From contig NC_057719.1 in the NCBI RefSeq assembly GCF_004010195.1, positions 73,004,403-73,024,402 of the forward strand: a DNA stretch of 20,000 bases. Reading direction: 5' to 3'. The translations under genes and the position numbers were made by a program. The notes beneath the pieces were generated by a model. It saw nothing but the letters and a program-made list of their open reading frames with translations. It did no database searches and was not told the DNA's origin. Origin of the DNA: Chiloscyllium plagiosum. Its lineage: Eukaryota. Every line of letters begins with the position of its first letter. The first letter of the stretch is position 1. Shown piece by piece: positions 10,591-20,000 of the stretch.

Positions 10591-11715
10591 TATTAATCCT
10601 GTAACCTATTAGGCAGAATGAAACAGCAGTGATTGAGATCAAATGCACAAAACTTAGTCCCGAGTAAACATGAATCAGGAAGTAGTCTTCTATTCAAAAT
10701 AAAACCTGTTTTATTGATTCACAAATCTTTGTGCATGATCTATACGTTTACATCTAAGAAAAAAATGCAACACGAAATGTAGTATGAGTAAACCTGTTAA
10801 TTTGTATTCCATCATGTTAGTTTGGTTATGTATTTACGTATATGCAAAACGAGAGATGGTAAGCCTACTTCTAAACCCAGCATTCTGTAATCCAGCAGCC
10901 ATAAGAACATGTTTCCCAATTGAAGTGAGAAATTTTACCCAGGAAAATGTTGCCTTCATGGCTAAATTCGAATTGTACATAACAAAGCAGAAAGTTACAT
11001 GGTTATGTACTGCTGTCTCCTTGTATTGAAATTGAGGCAATCCAGAGAAATGTCCTTTTTTTTAATTATAAATGATATATGATAAATCTGATGTCAATCC
11101 ATAGTAGTAATAAGAGAAAGGCAGAGAAATAACTATCAAAGTGAACAAGAGTAAAAAAACACAATAAACCATTTACAAGCACATAAAAGGTAAATTACTA
11201 CTTGAAGAAAAAGGTAGGGTGAATGAAGCAAGAAAAAACTTTGAGCATGATGATGAAATTGCTAATGGGTACAACCTTGATTTTCACAGATACTATGATA
11301 TTGGGAAACAAATGCTTCAGGAGAAGGGGGAGTCATTGACAGTATAGACAGAACATATGTGTGGCACAGAAATGATAGCAAATATAGAAGTCAGAGTGAA
11401 ATTGATTAGAATATGTAATTAGAAAAAAGGCTAGATGTTCAGAGATGAAGTAGCAGTGATTCTGACCCAAATTACCAAATATCATCGGTTATGAAATATG
11501 TGACAGAAGCCTTGAGGATTGCTAATGTAAAAATCACAATTCAAAAGAAATGGAATAAAGGTGAAACTCTAGATCGATCAACCGACCAGCAGTAATTTTT
11601 CAATATCAGTATACAGGATAACATTAGTACTCATCTCGGAAGAGGTATGTTTATTAAAGACAGAGAACAAAAAATAGAAACTGAACAAAATGCACAGATG
11701 AAGATAATAAAATGG

Positions 11716-12937
11716 GAACTCAGAAATAAATAGAGGAAAGGGGATGGAGCTGGGGGAAAGGTAATTGTGATGGTCTTAAGTGGATGCAGATAGGGAGTTA
11801 TTGTGATTGGTCAGTGGCAGGATTCCACTCGAGGACATCCCAGATGACCTCCTACTTCAAGAACCATAATTTCCACTCTCCCGGGATTAATAATGCCCTC
11901 AACCGCATCTCCTCCATCTCCTGCACCACTGCGCTCAAATCCCCTCCCCCTAATCACAATAAGGATAGGATCCCCTGATCCTCACATACCACCCCACCAA
12001 TCTCCAAATCCAACACATCATTTCCTGCCATTTTTGCCACCTGCAGTCAGACCCCACCACTAAAAAGATATTTCCTTCCCCACCCCATCTGCTTTCCATA
12101 GGGACCATCTTCTCCGCAACTCCCTCGTAAGTTCCACACTCCCCACCAACACCTCGTCAACACCGGGTACCTTTCCTTGCAAGTGCAGGAAGTGCAATAC
12201 CTGCCCCTATATCTCCCTTCTAACCTCCAAGGCCCCAAACAATCAGTCCAAATCTGTCAGAGCTTCACCTGCACTTTTTCTAAGCTAGTCTATTGTATCC
12301 ATTGCTCCTCTACATCGGAGAGACCAAGTGCAGACTCAGGGGTCAGTTCGTGGAGCATCTGTGCTCTGTATGCTCCAATCAATGCCACCTTGCAGTTGCC
12401 AGCCATTTTAACTCCCTCTCCACACCCTTGGTGACATGTCCTTCCTCAGCTTCCTCCACTGCCAAAATGAGGCCATACAAACTAGAGAAACCTTGTATCC
12501 TGCCTCAGGAACTTACAGCCCAATGGCCTCAACACAGAGTTTGCCAGCTTTAAAACCTCCTCAGCCCCAACCTCATCCCATACCTAGCCCTTCCTCTTCT
12601 CCCTGCCTCCTTGATCAGACCGAACCTGCCCATGTTCCTTCTCCCCTATCTGCTCCACCTTTACCACTGACAAATCACAAAACTCCCTACCTGCATCCAC
12701 CTACCACCAGCCCACCTACCTTGTTGGCGTCCACCAATCACCATCACACCTACATTTCTCCAGGCCTCATCCCCCCATTTATTTCTGAGCTCCCTTCTCC
12801 AGTCCTATGAAGGGTCCTGACCTGAAACATCGGCTTTCCTGCACCTCGGATGCTGTCTGACCTGCTGTACTCGTCCAACTCCACATTTTATTGACTCTGA
12901 CTTCCTGCATCTTCAGTCTTTACTACAGTGTATGTCC
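11716..12937 (+). mobile_element. 5'-truncated Penelope-like element (RT linker, Cys-rich Zn knuckle, GIY-YIG endonuclease, 3' UTR) with 5' inversion and perfect 15-bp TSD
   Basis: TSD AAGATAATAAAATGG (11701-11715 and 12938-12952). Frameshifted NKDRIP*.LTYHP, GTFPCKCRKCNTCPY, FTCTFSKLVYCIHC, LYIGETKCRLRGQFVEHL, VASHFN. Segment 11716-11821 is an inverted copy of about 12660-12795. Confidence 0.92.
12801..12835 (+). ncRNA. Degenerate hammerhead motif at PLE 3' end
   Basis: AGTC-CT(-)ATGA-A-GGGT-CCTG-ACCT-GAAACATC-GGCT: helix I AGTC/GGCT, helix II GGGT/ACCT; one core G missing. Confidence 0.6.
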
Positions 12938-13632
12938 AAGATAATAAAATGGATTTTTTGTACGAATTGACTGCCCACTTTCACATTGCTTGAAAGCTTA
13001 AGCTAATAAAGCTACAAATATCAAAAATGCTTGTAAAAGAAAATGGAAAGTGTATGGATAGGTTTCAGTAAAGTTACATTTAAACTGAGTCAAGGATGTC
13101 AGTTTTAGTTTTGTAGAGAAACAAGAGCACTTAAGTAGAATAAATGAGGGTGAGAAGATCTTAGGCAATCAAAGTTCAGCGAAAATATTCCACACATTGC
13201 GAGTGTTGATAATTAGCATGAATTTAAAATTGTAATTGAAAGAACAAATCTCTTGCAACATGGAGCACTGTGAGGGCTTCAAGAAGACAGAAAGGTGCTG
13301 GATGACATTTAATATATAAAGACGCATGAGTGAATTTTTTTATGTCAGGATATGTCAAATGGAAATACACTAAACAGTGTCATAGACAGATCTAGAGGTT
13401 CAAGGAAATAATTTCATTGAAGTCTGATCAGTATCACCAAAAACAATATTAGTGCCTTCCAGATCTAAATAAGGAATTTTTGGTCTGTAGCTCAGAACCG
13501 ATAGCTGCAGTTCGGATATTGTAGAGTTTTGGATACCTCATTTTCAAAAAAAACTATCAAATCTGTAGAATGAATGCTACAGACTTACAAGAATACTAGG
13601 TACAAATATATATAAGTTATGAGTGGAGAAAC

Positions 13633-14305
13633 AACAGTGTAGTACAGGAACCCTAAAATTATCACAGGCCCTTTGGTCCACCATGCTTGCGCTGACACAC
13701 ACCTATCTAAATGAAACTATTTTTGCCTCTACATAGTCCATATTTCTCCAATCCCTGCCTCTTCATATTCCTGATAAGATGCCTCTTGAACGTTGCTACT
13801 GTATCTGTTTCTATCACTTCTTCTAAGAGCACATTCCAAGCATTGAAAGAAAGTGCCGTGTAAAGAAAGTTGCATCTCAAATCTCCTTTAAACTTTCCCA
13901 CTGAAGTAACTCCAAAGAGGCCGCTATCCCATCACCAAGTCACCCTTTATTTACACATGATCAGTCCTTGATTATATTACTGCCTCATACAGAGTCATGC
14001 ACTAGAGTGTATCTCTAACACTCAACCTTTTTATATCAGCCAGGGTTTCCTGATTGGGGCTGGTAATTTGATCCAATCAGGGAACTCACATTCTGTGAGG
14101 TCCAGCAGGCTGGCCTTAATACAATCGCTACTTTCCCTTTTAACCTTAATCTACATCCCCAAGTAATTAACATTTTTACCCTGGAAGAAGGACTCCGATT
14201 AATCATTCTATCCACGCCTCTCATAATTTTGTAAACTTCTATCAGGTCACCCCTCACCTCCAGCATTCAAGTGAAAACAAACTAAGTTTGTCCAATCTCT
14301 CCTTG
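13633..14305 (-). mobile_element. CR1 LINE 3' end interrupted by an LTR-like insertion
   Basis: Minus-strand EVRGDLIEVYKIMRGVDR and GKFKGDLRCNF...AWNVLLEEVIETDTVATFKRHL. Confidence 0.9.
13902..14132 (-). mobile_element. Probable solo LTR (about 230 bp)
   Basis: Interrupts the CR1 at CTTTCCC. Degenerate TG..AGT / ..CTAC termini. On the minus strand, CCAAT (14053-14057), TATAAAA (about 14028-14036) and AATAAA (13946-13951) occur in U3-R-U5 order. Confidence 0.6.
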
Positions 14306-14850
14306 CAAGCTAAACAGCATAAGTAGCAGATGATAGACATAGCTAATCGAACCCACAACAAATAGATAAGATCAAAGCTCTCCAATCCTATCACATCCAG
14401 TCATGAATAGAGATAGACAATTAAACAACTCACTGGAGGAGGAGACTGCACTAATATCTCCATCCTCAATTATGGAAGAGCAAACACATTAATACAAAGA
14501 TTACGTTGAAGCATTCACAGCCAGAAGTGCTGAGTGGCTGATCCATTGTGGCCTCCTCTTGTGATCCCCAGCAAAAATACCAGTTTTCAGCCAAATCTCA
14601 GGTGATATAAAAAAAATGGTTGGGGGCACTGGATAATGCAAAGGCTATCAGCCCTGACAGAGGTGGCAGCACAGAGTTGTACAGTTGAGAAGTTGTTGTC
14701 CTGGGAGACTTGTGGTGCAGAACTTGCCACTCCCCTCAGCAAGCTTTTCCAGTACATTATCAGTATTGTAGTGTGGAAAATTGCCCTTATATGTCCTGTT
14801 CTCAAAAGCAGGACAAATCCAATCCAGTCAATTATCATCCCATAAGTCTA
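14306..14850 (+). mobile_element. Fragment of a different CR1/L2-group LINE ORF2 (pre-RT region)
   Basis: TIKQLTGGG..NI.ILN, CGAELATPLSKLFQY...WKIALICPV and KQDKSNPVNYHPISL. Confidence 0.8.
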
Positions 14851-14854
14851 GCCA

Positions 14855-15645
14855 AGATAGTCAGTCATGTAGCATGGAAACAGACCCTGGGTATATGAAT
14901 AGGAAGGGTTTGGAGGGATATAGGCCGGGTGCTGGCAGGTGGGACTAGATTGGGTTGGGATATCTGGTCGGCATGGATGGGTTGGACCGAAGGGTTTGTT
15001 TCCGTGCTGTACATCTCTTTGGTCCAACTTGTCCAAACCGACTAAGCCTCCCAAACTAAACTAATCCAACCTGCCTGCATTTGGCCTATAACCCTCTCAA
15101 CCTTTCTTATTCATTTACCTGCTCAAATTTAAAAACAAAATTCAACTGTACCTGCATCTTTCACTTCTTCAAGTACTTCATTTCACAGACAAATCATGTG
15201 TGAACAGGGTTACCCCTCAGATCCATTTTAAATCTTTCTCCTCTCACTTTAAAAAAAAAACCCTCTAGTTTTGAACTCCCCTACCGGAGGGAAAAATGCT
15301 ATTCACCTTACGTGTGCCCCTCATGATTTCAACAATCTCCATAAGGTCATCGCTGAACCTCCTACACTCAAGCCTATCCAGTCTCTCCTTTTAACTCAAA
15401 TCCTCCAGTCCCGGAAACACCTCTCCAGTTTAATAATATCCTACTCTATCAGGGTGATGAGAACTGTACACACAGAACTCGAAATGTGACCTCACCAACT
15501 ACTTATACAACCGCGACATGTTCCAATTCCTTTACTAAATGGTCTGAGCAATGAAAACAGGCGTGCTAAATGCCTTAACCACCCTCTCTGCCTGTCATGG
15601 AACTTTCAAAGAACTACATCCCTGAACTTCCAGACCTCTCTGTTT
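14855..15645 (-). mobile_element. CR1 LINE 3' portion
   Basis: 3' UTR similar to the reverse complement of 18850-19014; decayed ORF2 end on the minus strand. Confidence 0.8.
14889..15018 (+). mobile_element. Short CR1 3' UTR piece in opposite orientation inside a related CR1 3' UTR
   Basis: Closely similar to 18863-18992. The host sequence AAACAGACCCT|TTGGTCCAAC is split by it. Confidence 0.75.
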
Positions 15646-16299
15646 GAAATTAGCCACCCCGACATACTCCCGTGAATCTTTCTTTCTGATGTTTCTAATC
15701 ACATTTATCGCAGCAACACTGTTACAGGCACTCACATCCTCAGAGTCACCCCTATCTCCATGCTAATGCTTCTTGCTCAGCTGGCATGACTGTAGTGGGG
15801 TTCCATTCAGCAAATTTCTCAGTTTGCTCAATGCTATTCTCTTTCTTTCTTTAATGTCTTGCCCTCAGATCTTTAAAACAAAGCTACTAACTCAGCTTAC
15901 TTAACAGGAATCCTAAACTCATGACTTTTGTGACATTGTGGGACACCTTTACAGCTTTCTCCTCTGGATATTTTTTATCTACAACTCTGAAGCAATTCAG
16001 AAGTACAGGATTACCATATCAGAGCACTTCTTCTGTTTTAATGAAGATGTTTCTGGGCCCTCTCTCTCCCTCATACAACTCAAGTCAGCAAACACCTTAG
16101 CAATTATCTCCCCAGACAGCTTACTGGTCATGGAGCCAAAATCATGCAATTTCTGTTGTGAAGTGCTGTTTCAAACTTGCTGTTCACAATGACTTTGACC
16201 TTTTTAAAAACAGCAAGTCAGATCTTCACAGAAATGAAAACTTAAATCCATTTTTTTCTCCACTTTAGAACCCAACTTCTCAAATGCACCACATTATAT

Positions 16300-17179
16300 T
16301 ATTGAATTGATTTATTGTCACATATACCTAAGTACAGTGAAAAGCTTTGTTTGCAAGCAATACAGGCAGATTATAGTAAGCAGGGATATACAGATCACAG
16401 AGTGAAAAAAAACTTGGACAAAGTAAGGCATACAGGTTACACCGCACAGGACATGCACAAGGCACTATCAACATCAAAAAAATTCTGATCTTGTTAAAGC
16501 TAGGGAGTCCATTTGTCAGTCTAATAACGGCAGGGAAAAGCTGTTCTTGAACCTGCTGGTGCATGTGTTCAAACTTCTGTATCTTCTGCTTAATGGAAGA
16601 AGTCGTAGGACACAGGGTGAGGTGGGTCTTTTGGCAGCAATGACACGTGTAAACGGAGTCTGTGGATGGGAAGTTGGCTTCTGTGATGGTCTAGGCTGTG
16701 CATACAACTTGTAGTTTCTTATGGTCTTGGGCAGAGCAGTTGCTGTACCTGGACAGTATGCTTTCTATGTTGCATCTGGAGAAGTTGGTGAGGGTCCTAA
16801 TGGACATGCTGAATTTCCTGAGCCACCAGAGGACGAAGAGGTGTTGTTGTGCCTTCTTGACCATTTTGTCACTGTGGCAAGCCGAGAAGAGATTGCCGGT
16901 CATCGTTAGTCCTGGGAACTTGACTCTCTCAATCTCTGTTCCATTGATCTAGATGGGGCATGTTCTCCCCCTTTCTTTCTGAAGTCAATGATCGGTTCTT
17001 GCATTTTGCTGACACAGAGAGACGTTGTTTTCATTGCATCATATCACCAAACCCTCTATCTCCCTTTTGTGTGTTGACTTGTCGTTGTTAAATATCTTTA
17101 TTACTATGATGGTATTGTTGGCGAACTTATAGAAGGCGCTTGTTCAGAAATTGGCAACATATAGTCATGGGTGAACAGG
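16300..17179 (-). mobile_element. Rex1/Babar-clade LINE 3' part, truncated by the gap
   Basis: Minus-strand YKFANNTII (decayed FADD), KKAQQHLFVLWWLRKFSMSIRTLTNFSRCNIESILS, NCSAQDHKKLQ, RRYRSLNTCTSRFKNSF. Ends with AATAAA followed by a TCAAT-type tail. Confidence 0.85.
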
Positions 17180-17679
17180 NNNNNNNNNNNNNNNNNNNNN
17201 NNNNNNNNNNNNNNNNNNNNNNNNNNNNNNNNNNNNNNNNNNNNNNNNNNNNNNNNNNNNNNNNNNNNNNNNNNNNNNNNNNNNNNNNNNNNNNNNNNNN
17301 NNNNNNNNNNNNNNNNNNNNNNNNNNNNNNNNNNNNNNNNNNNNNNNNNNNNNNNNNNNNNNNNNNNNNNNNNNNNNNNNNNNNNNNNNNNNNNNNNNNN
17401 NNNNNNNNNNNNNNNNNNNNNNNNNNNNNNNNNNNNNNNNNNNNNNNNNNNNNNNNNNNNNNNNNNNNNNNNNNNNNNNNNNNNNNNNNNNNNNNNNNNN
17501 NNNNNNNNNNNNNNNNNNNNNNNNNNNNNNNNNNNNNNNNNNNNNNNNNNNNNNNNNNNNNNNNNNNNNNNNNNNNNNNNNNNNNNNNNNNNNNNNNNNN
17601 NNNNNNNNNNNNNNNNNNNNNNNNNNNNNNNNNNNNNNNNNNNNNNNNNNNNNNNNNNNNNNNNNNNNNNNNNNNNNNN
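17180..17679. other. Assembly gap (500 N)
   Basis: Run of N; ORFs spanning it are artefacts. Confidence 0.99.
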
Positions 17680-17862
17680 TGGAGAGAGAAACAAAGTTAT
17701 GTTTCAAGTTCGATGTGAATCATATACGAAGAAGATTCACATTGTACTCATCAATATTGACTCTTTGTTTCACTCTCCATGGATACTGCCAAACCTGCTG
17801 AGTTTCCTAGCATTCTCACTTATTTTTAATTTCACAACTGTAGCATCCACATTATGTTTTTT
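17680..17862 (+). mobile_element. Old PLE pLTR-derived element with 5' inverted arm (left end lost in the gap)
   Basis: 17680-17721 is an inverted copy of 17734-17779. Downstream GATACTGCC..ACCTGCTGAGTTTCC resembles the other PLE 3' ends. Confidence 0.6.
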
Positions 17863-18547
17863 TTTAAAACTTTCTAACCTTTGTTCCTTCTGCCTTCCAG
17901 GCTGATCTATTAGCTTTTCACCTTGCACTTTCATTTGTGCTATTTGCCCCAATTGAATCAGTGCTTGGGTCCTCATCCTCCTGCCTAATGACTTTGAACT
18001 CTCCCTCTGTGCTATCACCTCTGCTGACTTCACCCTGGACAAGTCCAATTGGATTCAGTAACACTACAGGCAAGAATGAAAGCAACGGGGACAAATTGGC
18101 GCTAAATTGCAACCTGGTCTATCCTAGATCTCAGATATGTAGAAATAATCAGCTTCTGATAAAAGGCACTTGCTATGTATTTAGTAAGTCACTGTAGGTT
18201 CAGCAATTCTAAACAATGTACACCTCACAGCTGACTCCTTAGTGATATTTGATGTGTGTGCGCTGTAGTCCTTGGCTGTTTACGTTTCCATAAATGGATT
18301 ACATTGAAATTTGATATAATGCCATAGATATTTCAGTCACATCATATGGGATTAGTAATTAAGATAGATAACAGGGATTACTGAACCATACTTAGTAGTA
18401 ATATAAGCTCCCCATCAAACAGGCCAGAGAGAAAAAATATAAAGCCATGGGAAAACAAGACATCAGTGTATTTTGGAAATGTTGAGTGTGACCAATGGGG
18501 CAGAAGATTTTAGTCAGGTTATAGAAGAAATTTGTTTATTTAACATT

Positions 18548-19014
18548 ATGAAAAGGGTTCAGAAAAGATTTCCAAGAATGTTACCAGGGATGAAGGGTTT
18601 TTTTTCCCCTGGAGCTGTCAGAGGCTGACCTTACAGAGGTTTATAAAATCATGAGGGGCATGGATAGGGTAAATAGACAAGGTCTTTTCCCTGGGGTGGG
18701 GGAGTCCAGAACTAGAGGGCATAGGTTTAGGGTGAGAGGGGAAAGATTTAAAAGGGACCTAAGGGGCAACTTTTTCATGCAGAGGGTGGTGCATGTAAGC
18801 AGTGAACTTCTAGAGGAAGTGGTGGAGACTGGGACAATTACAATGTTTAAAAGACATCTGGATGGGTATATAAATAGGAAGGGTTTAAAGGGATATGGGC
18901 CAACTGCTGGCAAATGGGACTAGATTAATTTAGGATATCCGGTCAGCATGGACGAGTTGGACCAAAGAGACTGTTTCCGTGCTCAACATATCTATGACTC
19001 TATGACTGTATGAT
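18548..19014 (+). mobile_element. CR1 LINE 3' end
   Basis: EVYKIMRGMDRVNRQGLFPGVGESRTRGHRFRVRGERFKRDLRGNFF; tail CTATGACT repeats. Confidence 0.93.
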
Positions 19015-19754
19015 TCAGAGTGGTGCAGCTTTGATGATGTACCATAGTGTGGAAACTGGGGAAATTGGAACTGACTGACAATGAACCTCAAACAAGAAAT
19101 ACCTGTCATACTGGTAAACTACTTTTATGATTAAAATATCAGAAACATTCAAAATATAAAGAACTGTATGGTTAATCACTCTTTAGCATGATTAGCATGA
19201 TTGGTTTCAGTAATTCAAGGGGATAAGTGGAGAGATAACAAATTGCCTGAGGTCACTGGCTATGGTTAGGCTTCTTTATGATTCCCTTGGTGAACAATTC
19301 ACTTCCGTGAGACAGGGCTCTCAATTATATATTTTAATGAGACAGCATGCCTTGGATTTGCCTCTGCTCCAACTTCAATTCTGGACATGGGAAACATGGC
19401 AACTAAAGAGATTCGAGGACAACTTCATGGAAACAGCGAAGTGAAGGAGTTGGGATCCTTCCCTTTTCATTCACAGTAAAGCTCCGCAGTGAGTAAAGAC
19501 AAACAGAACCCCCATGCTCTTCTGTGGTCCACCACCCTCACCCCTCCTTTCCTCCCTACCCTGATTTCTTCATTTCACTTCCATAATCTGTGAATGCAAC
19601 CCTACAGCTCAGTAACCCAATAATCTGTCAATCGGTATGGTTGCTGTTGAATAAAGTCCCTGTAATCCAAATCTCCAGCATCTGGAATTCCCAAGCAACT
19701 GGCTTCTGAGATTCAAATGGCGAAATCTGGATGCATGGAATCTGGATAACATGG

Positions 19755-20000
19755 AACATAGAACATAGAACAGTACAGCACCAAATAGGCCCTTCAGCCC
19801 ACGATGTTATGCCAACCACTGATCCTCATGTATGCACCATCAAATTTCTGTGACCATATGCATGTCCAGTAGTCTCTTAAATGTCCCCAATGACCTTGCT
19901 TCCACAACTGCTGCTGGCAACGCATTCCATGCTCTCACAACTCTCTGTGTAAAGAACCCGCCTCTGACATCCCCTCTATACTTTCCTCCAACCAGCTTAA
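19755..20000 (-). mobile_element. CR1 LINE 3' UTR/tail (continues beyond window)
   Basis: (AACATAG)n tail on the plus strand; minus-strand YRGDVRGGFFTQRVVRAWNALP. Confidence 0.9.

Larger units (their letters stand above)
10990..13630 (+). mobile_element. Very old CR1 remnant split by the PLE at 11716-12937 (boundaries uncertain)
   Basis: Faint traces of RIANV..(F)KK near 11515-11550 and YCVQFW.PH-like ...YE near 13515-13625. Confidence 0.45.

Noticed and set aside
12436..12810. 124-aa proline-rich ORF
   Set aside because: Translation of the C-rich PLE 3' UTR, not a host gene.
17104..17905. Long ORFs of 180-244 aa
   Set aside because: Artefacts of translating the N gap.
19645..19752. Possible old MITE with ATCCA/TGGAT sub-repeats
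   Set aside because: Too degenerate; no definable termini or TSD.
3690..20000. Expected neighbours GPR33 or NUBPL (recalled human synteny)
   Set aside because: No recognisable GPCR or P-loop GKGGVGKS exon found in the non-repeat segments.
1..20000. Prokaryotic systems (CRISPR array, retron, operons)
   Set aside because: The sequence is intron-containing vertebrate DNA; all RT fragments belong to eukaryotic LINE or PLE families, and no repeat-spacer array is present.

Overview
Eukaryotic, repeat-dense vertebrate DNA; the repeat families suggest a cartilaginous fish/shark (inference). The one recognisable host gene is the 5' part of DTD2/ATD on the minus strand: coding exon 1 at 3537-3448 and exon 2 at 3124-3055, with a CpG-rich housekeeping-type promoter at about 3550-3690. 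Exon 3 is not in the window. Most of the rest is decayed retroelements: many CR1 LINE fragments, an L2-like remnant, a Rex1/Babar LINE and a probable solo LTR, plus a 500-N gap. The most notable pattern is a set of six Penelope-like (PLE) insertions. Most have a 5' inverted arm; three have an unpaired 3' tail of 34-42 nt, and four have 13-15 bp target-site duplications. They carry minimal type I hammerhead ribozyme motifs (CTGAnGA-A-helix II-GAAACGTC) with covarying stems, but every copy here is mutated or truncated. A unique segment at about 15650-16290, possibly continuing at 17880-18063, may be a decayed minus-strand coding exon. All calls were made by eye; no searches were run.
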